DNA of 64,000 nt from Eledone cirrhosa (lineage: Eukaryota): assembly GCA_964016885.1 (NCBI GenBank), contig OZ024750.1, forward strand, positions 26,908,001 through 26,972,000, read 5' to 3'. Positions 14,793 to 28,659 of this stretch are shown here, piece after piece; within the stretch, counting starts at the first letter, position 1, and the number at the start of each line of letters is the position of its first letter. The notes below the pieces were generated by a model. That model made no database searches. It was not told the DNA's origin and was given only the letters and a program-made list of their open reading frames with translations. Position numbers and translations under genes: made by a program.

Positions 14793-14823
<31 letters not shown>

Positions 14824-15007
14824 CATATATATAAATGAAGAGAGAAAGTGGGTAGGACAGAGAGAGTAAGAAATGTGTGTGTGTGTTTGGTACACGTCTA
14901 TCTATCTATCTCTCCAACAGGGGGCTGAAACATACGGCCCCGCAAACTACTTTTCTATGGCCCGTGGTAGAACCAATATTTCATATTCCATTATAACTGG
15001 TGAAAAT

Positions 15008-15222
15008 AAGGCGGTGAGCTGGTGGAATCGTTAGCACATCTGGCGAAATGCTTAGCGGTACTTCTTCCGTGTTTACGTTGTTTGTTCAAATTCCGCCGAT
15101 CTCAACTTTGCTTTTCATCCTTTTGGAGTCGATAATCTAAGTACCAGTTTTGAACCGGGATCGATGTAAGCGACTGGACCCTAAACCCCAAATTTCCTGC
15201 CTTGTGCCTATAGTAGATATAA
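15008..15222 (+). mobile_element. OK-like SINE
   Basis: aaggcggtgagctggtggaatcgttagcac...gttcaaattccgccga...gtcgataa..aagtaccagt. Confidence 0.85.
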
Positions 15223-15349
15223 TTGTAACAGGTGAAAGTCATCACCCACCACAATGTTTGGACCACTGTGCCTCTCCTCCAGGACGTAATGGCCGTTTTA
15301 TGACCCTGAGTTTGAGATTCCTCTTCTACACACACTCATATATATGTAT

Positions 15350-15607
15350 CCACTTTACTTTTTTTCTGTCTCTGGACTACGCCCATGCTGGAGCATCACC
15401 TTGGTAAGTTATGGGAACATCAACAAACCAACAAGTATTCGTGCGAGGGCAAACACAAACGCAAAGACACACACAGGCATATATACATATATACGACGAG
15501 CTTCTGTTAGTTTCGGTCTATCAAATTCCCCCACTGGGTTTGGTCGGCCCGGGCAGTGTGACTGAACCCGGAAACATGTGTTTGGGAAGCAAGCTTCCTG
15601 TCACACT

Positions 15608-15610
<3 letters not shown>
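15350..15610 (-). mobile_element. Second octopus SINE family (OR-like), degenerate
   Basis: cgacgagcttctgttagtttcggtctatcaaattcc...gactgaacccggaaacatgtgtttgggaagcaagctt. Confidence 0.65.
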
Positions 15611-15649
<39 letters not shown>

Positions 15650-15654
<5 letters not shown>

Positions 15655-16367
15655 TGGTTAAGTTTAACGTCCTCGAAAATGAAAGTATGTTTTCTGACAA
15701 GTGAAAGTGTTTTTTTGTTTTTTTACAATGAAATTTACGATACACTCTTTGTTTATTTACAAAAGGTCTCTTTAGTGATATGGTGTTAATTAGTATTGCG
15801 TGTGTGATTATTTTCTCTTATATATATGTGTGGGTGTGTATATGTGTGTATATATATGTGTGTCTGTATGTATATATATATGTGTGTTTGTATATATATA
15901 TGTGTTTGTGTCATCATCATCGTTTATATGCTTTTGTAATATCTTGCCAAAGTTGGCACCAACTATAAACAAATTAAGGCCGGGTCATAAGAAGGACAGA
16001 GAATGATAAGGGATTTGGGTAAAAACATCTAAACGATGATGATGACACAAACACATATATATATACAAACACACATATATATATATATATATATACATAC
16101 AGACACACATATATATACACACATATACACACCCACACATATATATACAGACACACATATATATACACACATATACACACCCACACACATATATATATAA
16201 GAGAAAATAATCACACACGCAATACTAATTAACACCATATCACTATAGAGACCTGTTGTAAATAAACAAAGAGTGTATCGTAAATTTCATTGTAAAAAAA
16301 AAAAAAACACATTCACTTGTCAGAAAACATACTTTCATTTTCGAGGACGTTAAACTTAACCAATGCC
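15650..16367. repeat. Long inverted repeat (arms about 290-350 bp, spacer about 85 bp) in (TA)n
   Basis: 15650-15935 is the reverse complement of 16021-16367. Confidence 0.9.
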
Positions 16368-18597
16368 TATATATATAAAGTCAAGTTACTTTATAACTTC
16401 GTTGTTTTTAATTTGTTTTATTTTCATTGTTAATTTAATAAATAATATCTGACGCTGTATCTAAAGAATTAACTCAGCGAAACACAGAACTTCACTATGG
16501 GTTTTACTTAATAAGATTGAGTTTTATCTACGGTAGGGACCCTACTACCAGTGGTAGACCACATTGAAAAGGAAAAGAACATTATATATAAGTGTGTGGG
16601 TGTGTGTGTGTGTATTATATATATATATATTTATATATATAAAACTACATACATATGAACATACATTTACGTATGTGTATAACTATACATTTATATATGT
16701 CTATATATGCATGCATTTATGTTTAAGTGTGTGTATATGTGAGATGATTTATATTGTTTTGTGTAAGGAGAAAATTTTGACTCCAGATTTTATTACCTTT
16801 AATACAACAGATGTTCCTCCTCATCAAACACCAACGCCGGCCTGTATCTAGTATACATGTGTATGTATGTATGTATGTATGTATGTATGTATGTATGTAT
16901 GTATGTATGTATGTATGTATGTATGTATGTATGTATCATCACCATTGCTTCATTTTCTTACCATTTCTGTTGGTGTTGTTCTTGTAACTGTTGTCATAGT
17001 TGAGTAGCCCTTATTTTCATTTTCTTTGATTTCTTTAGTTTTTTTCTTTCATCTCTCTAAGGAATTCGTTGACAAGCTTCTTTTATTTATTTTCTTCGTT
17101 TTCTTCATTCAAATGCGTCCACACTGGCTGTCTCAGAGACGTACATATATGGCTTATAAATTTACCAAAGTAAAGAACCTTCCAGCGCCCCCAAAGCTTC
17201 AAACACCCCCCTAACGACCCTTGCTCCCTAACGACCCCTTGCTCCCAAAGGACCCTACTGGAGCTCCGAAACGCTCCCGGGAGTTCATATGCCCCCGTTG
17301 AGAACCTTTTGGTTTAGACATATAGATTGTATAATAAAAATCATCGATTTGGCTGAAGACCAAACAATTCCAATGGGGATGTAATTGTTTAAAACTAACG
17401 CAGGATAAACAGATAATTTGAGCACAATTCAAGGACACATATTTTAGGGCGAGCTAGAGTTAAATATATCAAGCTCACTACTCATAGAAAGTTTGTCAGG
17501 GACGAAAGAATGGAAGTCAAGTTTCTACTGAATGAGGTATAAACTGTGTATGTGAAAGGATATATGTCATTACAACATGTCATTAAGAAAAGCTCGCTAT
17601 CGCCTCTGTTAACCGAAAACTTTCGGAAATTAAATAATATCCTAATTATGAAGAAACCAAATGTAATATTCTATTATAGCTTTTCACTACTACATTAGTC
17701 CATCTCAAACCCATCTTAAGATAATTTCCTGTTTAATAACTGTATAATTTACTGGAGTTGTGGTTTACTAATTGTATCCCTTTTCTGTTGTTGTTTAGGT
17801 CAGTCATAACTAAGAACACCTGTCATCAAAAACATTTCAGTGCCTTACGAGCAACATTATGTGTTTTTGACTGCTTTATCTAGCGGTTCGAACGGCTATA
17901 AAGAAAGTGTCTGTTCCCACTTTTAATAAATATGTTAACCATTCAAATGACTTTCTAACAAATAAATACGCAGAACCAATTAGATATACCCAGATCTCAG
18001 ACATTTGTATCTGTCAGGTTTTGACTCATACAAGACACTCAAATACATTTACCTCATGCATTATCCTTATTCAATAGATCATGTTATAGACATTATCTCA
18101 ATAACTATATATTTCCCAAACCCAGTTAAAATAAATTTAAAATATGGGATAACACTCAATCTGATGAAGTCTCAGCCAAGTAACATCAAATATATTATCC
18201 AGAAATCTAATTATATAAGAAGATTAACAATTTTTTAAACAGTTACCAATTTGCATCAGCACTGATATATGTACGTAAGGCCTATAAGAAATATGACTTA
18301 CATGGCCACGATAATATAAACTGGCATGACATATGTATTGCGAAACCGAACCGGTTTGCAATACAAAACTGTTACGTATTCTATCGACTATTCAGTAGCG
18401 GTGAAAATCACATTCGTATCAGAACATAAATGAGTGAAAATAAATGACACAAGAACATATTTTATATTGGTTAAAATAATTATCTTACCTAGGTTAATTG
18501 TTTCAATTATATAAGAATGGAGGAATTAGATTGTTCGATGAGAATATCTCTCTGGAAATTATTAATGATACGAGAAGTTGTCTTCGGTTAGAAATAA

Positions 18598-18765
18598 ATA
18601 ATTGTTTCTACCTTTGGCACAAGGCCAGCAATTACCTAGTGCATTACTGGTACTTTATTTTATCGACCCCGTAAGGATGAAAGGCAAAGTTGACCCCAGC
18701 GGGATTTGAACATAAAGGGCCGTAACTCTTTGCTGTAAAGCATGGCGTCCGACCCTCTACCGATA
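18598..18765 (-). mobile_element. OK-like SINE
   Basis: ggcacaaggccagc..actggtactttattttatcgaccccgtaaggatgaaagg. Confidence 0.85.
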
Positions 18766-19063
18766 ATGTGTTATACATATGACTGAATATGAAATTGTGA
18801 TCAAGTCGTTATTCCCTCGTCAATTATTTTTATTTTGTTAAGTACAATGTTATTTAATAATTTTTTAATTTCCTTTTGCTGTAATAAAATTAATAATTAA
18901 TTTGTAATTTAACTGTAACATCTGTTTTTCTTTTGTCTTAATCTGAAAAACATAGTTCTCAACACTATATTCTAGTTCTCACTGTTAACACTCACTTGTT
19001 CAATATATAGCCACTTTCGCAAAAAAAAGGAAACAAGCATATGGAAAAAGTAGAGTAAACATA

Positions 19064-19225
19064 GAGCGGAAAAGACAGGGGAAAAGACATCAAAACAGAC
19101 ATAGGTAAAAACAGCGGAAAAGACAGCGGAAAAGACAGTGGAAAAGGCAGTGGAAAAGACAGCGGAAAAGACAGTGGAAAAGACAGTGGAAAAGACAAAG
19201 GAAAAGAGAGCGGAAAGGACAGAGG
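19064..19225 (+). repeat. 12-bp tandem repeat (ggaaaagacagy), reading GKDS in one frame
   Basis: About 13 imperfect units. Confidence 0.85.
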
Positions 19226-19708
19226 AGAAAAATCTGGAAAGAAGGGAAATTAGACCACCTAAAAGATATTTCTAAAGATACGGGTGAGTTGATTGTTTTA
19301 TTAACTGTTGAATGTCTATACTTAGTTTAATATTCTCGAAAACCAAAGAAATTTTTTTATTACAGTCTTTGTTATGTGACTTTTACTCATATATGTTTTC
19401 CCTAAATGTCATGAATTTACGTAGATAAGACCTGTAGATGATAAGGATATCCACCGAGCGAATTCCAGAGGAATCTATATACTGGAGGAAACCGACTGTA
19501 TGTTGTGATTTATGTGGACACTAAGGTGGAAGACGACACACATGTTCTTTTAAAAATCCTCTAAATTTGTATTCTGTGGCGTGATATTGCTAGACTTAAA
19601 TCAAATTATCAATACACGCAATATGAAAGATCAGCAAGGAACAGAAATTTTAACTTACATGAGGAAACCGGAATTTTGTAGTGAACTGCCGGAAGTATAA
19701 ATTTAAAT

Positions 19709-19782
<74 letters not shown>

Positions 19783-19829
19783 TCACACACTCACGCACAC
19801 ATACACACATACTCACACTGACGCACACG

Positions 19830-19927
<98 letters not shown>

Positions 19928-20039
19928 CTTGATCACCTTGATCGACCAGTCTGTCAGGCACCATTGTTGTTCATTTGTTCAACACTGGCAGGAAGGTATA
20001 CGTTGCAGGAAGGTATGCAATCATCTGCAGGAAGGTATA

Positions 20040-20080
20040 CGTTGCTGACGATAACTAATAAGCTTGAAACTAGTACAGCG
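20040..20080 (+). ncRNA. Minimal type I hammerhead (family R, copy 1)
   Basis: cgttg-CTGACGA-taactaataagctt-GAAA-ctag-TA-cagcg. Confidence 0.85.
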
Positions 20081-20470
20081 CTCCTTTTTCAGTGTTGAAC
20101 AAATGAGCAACGATGGTTGCTAGACACTGTACGGCTTAATTCGGGATGTTTGTTTACAAACACACCGAACATTATAATAAATGTTCGGTGAATCCATACG
20201 TACATATATATATGTGTGCATGCATGTATATATATATACATACTACTGTACGTCTGTATACATATATGTATGTACGTATACATACTTATATTTAAGTAAC
20301 AGCCGTACTAAGAGTGAGAAATGAAATTTCGTTTCAATTTTTCCGTTTATCGTTTTCGGTGCGCCCGGCCGATTAACTCACTCGATATGCAAATTAGGCT
20401 GTTCAGCCGCTAATATGCATAAGGAAAGTATATACTTTCAGACGTTCAATCATCCTGGCAGGAAGGTATA

Positions 20471-20510
20471 CGTTATGACGATAGCTAATAAACTTGAAAC
20501 TAGTACAGCG
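20471..20510 (+). ncRNA. Family R hammerhead copy 2, damaged core
   Basis: cgtt-ATGACGA-...-GAAA-ctag-TA-cagcg; C3 and one stem I base lost. Confidence 0.7.
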
Positions 20511-20899
20511 TTCCTTTGTCAGTGTTGAACAAATGAGCAACGATGGTTGCTAGACACTGTACGGCTAAATTCGGGATGTTTGTTTACAAACACACCGAGC
20601 ATTATATTAAATGTTCGGCAAATCCATACGTACATATATATATGTGTTCATGTATGTATATATATATACATACTACTGTACGTCTGTATACATATATGTA
20701 TGTACGTATACATACTTATATTTAAGTAACAGCCGTACTAAGAGTGAGAAATGAAATTTCGTTTCAATTTTTCCGTTTATCGTTTTCGGTGCGCCCGGCC
20801 GATTAACTCACTCGATATGCAAATTAGGCTGTTCAGCCGTTAATATGCATAAGGAAAGTATATACTTTCAGGTGTTCAATAATCTGGCAGGAAGGTATA

Positions 20900-20940
20900 C
20901 GTTGCTGACGATAGCTAATAAACTTGAAACTAGTACAGCG
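20900..20940 (+). ncRNA. Minimal type I hammerhead (family R, copy 3)
   Basis: cgttg-CTGACGA-tagctaataaactt-GAAA-ctag-TA-cagcg. Confidence 0.85.
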
Positions 20941-21229
20941 TTCCTTTGTCAGTGTTGAACAAATGAGCAACGATGGCTGCTAGACACTGTACGGCTTAAT
21001 TTGGAATGTTTGTTTACAAACACACCGAGCATTATAATAAATGTTCGGCGAATCCATACGTACATATATATATATGTGTGTGGATGTATGTATATATATA
21101 TATATATATATACATACTATTGTACGTCTGTATACATATATGTATGTACGTATGCATAAATATATTTAAGTAACAGCCGTACTAAGTGTGAGAAATGAAA
21201 TTTCGTTTCATTTTTTCTGTTGATATATA

Positions 21230-22091
<862 letters not shown>

Positions 22092-22213
22092 AGGAGGTGA
22101 GTTTTATTGTAGTACAATAAAGCAATGCAGATATCGGATAAGAAGCACTCTACAGTTTGTAGGACTGGAGTATACATAATATAAGATCAAAAGATGGTTA
22201 AAGGAGTTCCATG

Positions 22214-22284
22214 TATTTTATTATGCGCATTTCAAAAACAAACATCATCATGCAATAATATTTGTGTTTTCATCAGATAAAACA
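22214..22284 (-). ncRNA. Type I hammerhead (family C, left arm)
   Basis: Reverse complement tgttttat-CTGATGA-aaacacaaatattatt gc atgatgatgtttgttttt-GAAA-tgcgca-TA-ataaaata. Confidence 0.88.
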
Positions 22285-22392
22285 GGAGAACATGATATGA
22301 AGGTTAAAAAACACTTGTGGATAGTGCAGTTTTAAATCAACATATAACTGCACTATCCACAAGTGTTTTTTAGCCTTCATATCATGTTCTCC

Positions 22393-22463
22393 TGTTTTAT
22401 CTGATGAAAACACAAATATTATTGCATGATGATGTTTGTTTTTGAAATGCGCATAATAAAATA
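22393..22463 (+). ncRNA. Type I hammerhead (family C, right arm)
   Basis: Same motif on the plus strand: CTGATGA 22401, GAAA 22444, tgcgca, TA, ataaaata. Confidence 0.88.
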
Positions 22464-22659
22464 CGTGGAACTCCTTTAACCATCTTTTGATCTTATATAT
22501 TATATATAGATATATATATATATATATATAAACACACGCACACGGACACACACACATATATATACATAGATATATATATAAAAAAAGAGTCAGGAGCCCG
22601 ACGGCTGAGCTCCGGACGTTTCGGCAGCTAAATCCGAACTAAGCCACCAGTATTAGAAC

Positions 22660-22840
<181 letters not shown>

Positions 22841-23147
22841 TGTTTATTTATACATTTATACAAACTAACACACTTTCAAATATTAATAAGAAAATATATG
22901 ATCACGTGACAACCTGGTTGAGCTTGTTTTGTTTGGGAAGTCTGAATTTCATGATGGGTGCATTTCGATATATTGGGTCCTACATCTATCTCCCACACAC
23001 TGTTGATATGAAATATCCATCTGCACAGTGGTATAGCACAGCTATATTTATGTGTATCTATATCTCTTCAAATAATAAACGCAACATATATATCTCGGTT
23101 TATCTATTTAGCTGCAGTTCATCTATCGATTTTCTAACTATCTATCC

Positions 23148-23695
23148 TTTCTTGAAAGGTCGAGCGGAGGTGGCGAACACTTACATTGCGAATTTCTGTT
23201 GTCCTCTGTATAGTGGCTATGGTAAAAGAGGCTATATTGTGGACAAGATGGAGAGGGCTGAGGACAGATGCATTTCACTCCGGACAACTCATTCCCTTCT
23301 TTAGGTACCACTTTAGAAGGAAAATCAGAGTGGAGAGAGAGGGACTGCACCCCAGTAAATTAAACTGGAATGTGGGTGAATGTAGTAAAAGTGGCCCGAG
23401 AGATTGGGCCTTCTCTGTATATAAACCTGTAGGTTGAAGAAGAGAGCAAAAGAAAGAATGGTGCACTTGCACAACACGCTCCTGGAGTTGAGGGTTGTTC
23501 AATCTACGGGGTATAAAACAATACATTTGTAACGCCTCCCACCTGTTGGGGATTTTAATTGTTGAATTTGTGAATTTGTTTGTCAAATTGTTTTTACACT
23601 TTTGTATGTAAAATTCCCGGCATATATCCTTGTATTGTCCCCTTTTCTTGTGCGCCCTTGTGGCAAATAAAGAAATCTATCTATCTATCTATCTA
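23148..23695 (+). mobile_element. Tx1 3' fragment with an internal deletion and (TATC)n tail
   Basis: LKGRAEVANTYIA joined to AMVKEAILWTR; 3' UTR homologous to 25775-26010. Confidence 0.85.
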
Positions 23696-26007
23696 AGATA
23701 CGGGACGCTCAGGGCCGCTGCGGGAAACGCAAGTCACCCAGTATAGATGGTCTACCCTACGAATTTTACATAGGCATGCCGGACTTGTTCTCTGGCGTCC
23801 TCGAAGCCGTCTACTGCAATTGGCAGCAGAACGGGAGAATTCCAAGTTCAGCAGGCAAGGGCGTAGTAACGCTGATCAGGAAAGACGAAAACAACGGGGA
23901 CGAAATTAACAACTTCAGGCCCATAACTCTGCTCAACACAGAGTTAAAAATGTTGGCCAAGGTGCTAGCGACGAGGTAGGGAAAGCGCAAACGTGTGCAA
24001 TCCCGACCACGTCCATACACGACAACCTCCACCTCATGCGATACATCATAGAGAGGGTGGGTGGTAAACCCGGCTTCGGTGGGGCTCTGATCAAATTGGA
24101 TCAGTCTAAGGCATTCGATAGGGTCGACCATCGATACTTGGAAGCGGTTCTCAAGGCGGCCGGTTTCGGTCCCGTGTTCAGAGGATGGATCGATGCGATG
24201 CACACCAGAATCTGCTCGAGGGTCAAGGTGAACGGCTACCTATCGAAGCCGTTCGCAATCACGCGTTCCATTCGACAGGGGTACCTTCTCTCCTCCATTC
24301 TGTATGCATTGACACTAGAGCCACTACTGCGGAAATTGGAGCTGTTGCAGGGCATCCCTCTAGAACCGGGACTGCGCAAAGCGGCGTCGGCTTATGCCGA
24401 CGACGTGACGGTAATGGTGTCGAGCACCTCGGAAATCGGGGTGATCGACAACTTACTGAAAGAATACGAAACGCTGACGGGAGCAAAACTAAACCCGGAC
24501 AAGTCTGTCGGTTTGCAACTCGGTACGTGGAGAGGCAAGCCGATGACGTCCGACAGCGTCGTTGGACGCTGGACGGACGGACCGGTGAAATTGCTCGGGG
24601 TCTGGTTCGGTCCAGACCTCCAGGTGGAGAAAAACTGGAACGAGGTCACGGCCAAGGTGTTTGCACTCACCCAGAAGTGGGCAGAGTGCAAACTGTCCTT
24701 GAAAGGTCGAGCGGAGGTGGCGAACACTTTCATAGCGCCCGTCATCTACTACCGCTTGACTGTCGTGCCTTGTCCCCGTGAACCCCTCGTCAAGATGGAA
24801 CGCATGCTCTTCCAGTTTCTGTGGAAGAAGCAGGCTCCGCTGGTGAGGAGATCCGTCTGCTGTCAGCACCCTTCGAACGGAGGGCTGGGAATGCCGTGGC
24901 TGATGATGCGCAAGCATGCGCTGAGGCTGCGGCATCTCCAGGTATTCCTCACCGACTCCCAACCGGTGTGGGCACCGTTTGTGAGACAGGCTTTCCCACA
25001 GCTCGTCTCGCTAACGGAGCTGCAGTCCTGGGTGAAGAAAAGACCGAAAACGATGGGCGCCTGGCACATTGAATGCGCTCAGGCGCTCACAGTCCTCTGG
25101 CAAGCGGGCGCAGCAATCAGTGGAGACTCCACTTCGACATTCTATAGAGGGATTGTACGTTACAAGGGCGACGACGTGCTCGAAGAGACTCTGGGCGTCG
25201 AAGACGATGAGCTCACCAGTATGTTTGGTAGGACTTTCCGCCCGGGACCTATGGACAACTTCCAGAGGTCCCTGGCCTGGCAGTGCTACCGAGGAGCTCT
25301 ACCGGTTCGTGACAAGATCTACAGGCACGGACGCCCTGGCAGAGATCCTTCCAAGAGGACGTGTCCAAGATGTGCGCAGGACATTGAAACAGTTCTGCAC
25401 GCAATTGTACACTGCCCGGGCGTAAGCGACCTGTGGAACTATGCAGAACAACTGCTGTCGCGTATGGGACAAATACAGTTGACTGCCGAGTCCATAGTAA
25501 GGATCAAACCGCCAGACTCTTTCAAAAAGGAGAGGCGGTTTTCCTCTGTACGGTGGCTATGGTGAAAGAAGTTATATGATGGACGAGGTTGAGAGGACTG
25601 AGGTCAGATGCCTTTCTCTCCGGACAACAATTGATTCCCTTCTTTAAGTATCACTTTAGAAGGAGAATCAGGGTGGAGAGAGAGGCACTGCACCCCAGTA
25701 AATTTACTGAAAGGTGGGTGAATGAAGCGAAAATGGCCCGAGTGATTGGGCCTTCTCTGTTTATAAGCCTGTAGGTTGGGGAAGAGAGCAAAAGGAAGAA
25801 AGGAGCACTTGCACAACACGCTCCTCCAGTTGAGGGTTGTTCTATCGACGGGGTATTAAACAACCCATTTGTGGCGCCTCCCCCCTATTGGGGATTTCGA
25901 TTGTTGAAATTGTTGGTTTTTATAATTTTTACACGACTGTATGTAAAATCCCCGGCATGTCTTTGTATTGTCCCCTTTCTTGTTGCGCCCTTGTGGCTAA
26001 TAAAGAA

Positions 26008-26066
<59 letters not shown>
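23696..26066 (+). mobile_element. 5'-truncated Tx1 element (RT to 3' UTR) with (TATC)n tail
   Basis: RT frames 23776-23979 and 24036-25565 (DQSKAFDRV, YADD, CPRC..H..C), homologous to 11550-13890. Confidence 0.92.
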
Positions 26067-26067
<1 letters not shown>

Positions 26068-27879
26068 CTTTACCTATATATCTACCTATCTACCTATATA
26101 TCTATATGTCTGTCCTGTTAGTCCGTACGTCCTTCCGTCCATTCGTCCATCCATCCATCCCGGCTTTTTAGTGTATTGTTTATTGTCAATTACGTGCGTT
26201 GAAGCTGTTAAATTAAATTTACGTAAATTCAAAAAAATTGCAAGGCACACAATGGACCGATTAATCTTATGTCCACTAATAAATGCAGAAGTATCTTATA
26301 TCTTTACTGTTTTTTTAAAAGTAGGAAATATTGCTCGAGAGACTACAATAGGCACGCCTAGCTAAAACAACATTATTTTATAATCTTCTCTACGTACGCT
26401 CACTTCTCAATTTCATTTCCTTCTCTACATTTCTTTTGACTCTCACTTTTGCTCTTTCTTTTTTTCTGACCCATCTCTCCTTTCTTAACATCACGCCCTC
26501 TCTTAGTTTTTGAGTGACTACTTCATTGGTTGTCTTGCAAACGTGTAACTAACTACTTAGAATAAGCATGACATCTTCAGCTGCATCTGTATATATCTGT
26601 TACTAAATCACATAAGAGAGACGAAATGTGGCTCGAGATTAGTGAGATAAAATCTCTTGTGGTGGTACCATTTGAAATAGTATAACAGTTTATATATTTT
26701 TGTGGGTTGCTCAGATGTCTAGCCACCCTATATAAAACCCGAATGTTATTAATGAACATGATTGTACATTTTTGGACAAAGGTTTCAGTGTGAGAATAAC
26801 ATGATAGCTTGCCGTGTTCCTTTCAGGATCATCTTCTACTTCCACTGACTTCATATTTCCACTGACTTTCAAGGAGGGCAAAGATAAAATATCTCCCATT
26901 GGAAACTTTTAGCTAGACAAAGCAGAACTATACAATGTACGTCAACTTTTGGAAGACTATATTTTCTCTTAGGGCTTACTTTTGACTCATGTTTTCTTTT
27001 AATCATTACAGGCTTTCGATAGAAGAATGTAGACGACTACAGTTTTCCGGCTGGATCAGCTACAGATATCAAAGGAAGAGTTACTTGCAACTTTAATGTG
27101 TCGCATTTCTCTTTCAATGTTTATAATATTAATAATGGAAACTATCAATATTTCAAATTCATTAAACAATAAAAAAAAGTTGAGGATCAGATTCTCACAT
27201 TTTTTTTTCCTTAAAAGTTTGTCAAAATCAAAGAGAAATTCCCACATGACACTCTCATCTGAATTTCTTGTTTGATGTTCAAGTTGAACATCTGTAAATC
27301 ATTGTTAAAAACATGAGTCGGGATATAAAACTAGGTGGGCATTGTTCTGGACAGGAGAGATTATGGGGAAAGAACAATATTAAGAAGAAAAAATATGAGA
27401 GTTGGCGAGGATACGATGAATACGCATGAGGTGAAAAAGTTATGCAAATATCTAGAGCAGAACAACAGATCATTATACTAATGATGTAAACATAAAGAAG
27501 AATAACAGACGGCAAGTCTATGAATGTCCTTTCTGATTTGTTTAATAATGATTGTGTGTATTAGTAGCATTGTTGTGGAGATTTGAGCTGTAGTATAATG
27601 TGCGTTTAAGTTGAACCTAGTAGAGTGTTAGAAATTGAGTGGGATTGATGTATTTTCTGGCTCTATATATGGAATTTAATGTGTGTGAAACAATTTATTC
27701 ATGTGTTATTTCTTAGGTTTCATCAGATGTTCCAATATTTGTATCAATGTTGAAAGTCTTAAGTGTATGTTAATCAGAAGAAACCGAAGAAGAAACCGAA
27801 ATTATAAATCGCATTTCTCTTGGAGTTGCGAACTTAATAATGATTTATTTAATTGTTATAAAATGGTAAAAAAACACCT

Positions 27880-28545
27880 TTTAGTGGACTATTGTATGCG
27901 CCTTGCACTGGAGAAACACCAGGACTCTGGTTTTACTGTAACACCGGCTCAGAGCAGCAGAGTTAAGGCCAAAAAATATCGGATACTGAATTTGCCGACG
28001 ACATAGTTTTGGTGAGAAACAGAGTGAAGGGGGCAGAGGATTTTATGCTGGAGGTTGAAACTGTGTCAATGAGTGTGGGGCTGAGAATGAATGAGATTAA
28101 GACAAAATATCTGGTAGAGAATCTTGAGAAGCCAGAGGGGATTACGAATGTAGGCGGGAAGCCGCTAGAATTGATTGAGGTCTTCCTGTATTTGGGGGCA
28201 AAGACTGGGAATACGGAAGATGATGTGGTCGAGAGGAAGCCTAGATGGCGTGCCACAGCTTGAGATCGTAGTGGAAGTCGGATCTTCGTAAAGATCCGCC
28301 TCTTCATTGCTGTAGTGGAGTCTGTGCTGCTGTACGGTTCTGAGACTTGGCCACTGATAAAGAAACTCACTCAGATGGTGGATGGGTGCTATATGAGAAT
28401 GCTGAGGATGGCTCTGAACATTAATCAGTATACACTGAGGATGAAAATCTCAGAGCTGTATGAGAGCCTGCCAAGAGTCGGCTAAAAATTGACACAGAGG
28501 AGAGTGAGGTTAGTTGGACATGTTCACCGACATCCAGAGTTGATA
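27880..28545 (+). mobile_element. RTE-group LINE RT fragment
   Basis: EFADDIVL, VGLRMNEIKTK, FLYLG, KIRLFIAVVESVLLYGSETW. Confidence 0.85.
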
Positions 28546-28659
28546 GCTTTAAAAGGTTTCGGCAGTATTGGCCGAAGCAATGTCTAACATAATAACACCA
28601 CCTGGCTAAATCTTGAAAATCAGGATTTGGACACCATGGGCCACTCAAGTAGAGAGTTA

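Larger units (their letters stand above)
19985..21218 (+). mobile_element. Retrozyme-like tandem array: about 2.8 copies of a 430-nt non-coding unit with one HHR each (family R)
   Basis: Predicted cleavage sites at 20075, 20505 and 20935, exactly 430 nt apart; 3' end abuts (TA)n. Confidence 0.88.

Noticed and set aside
26570-27520. Possible host exons
   Set aside because: Short frames with stops and no recognisable domain
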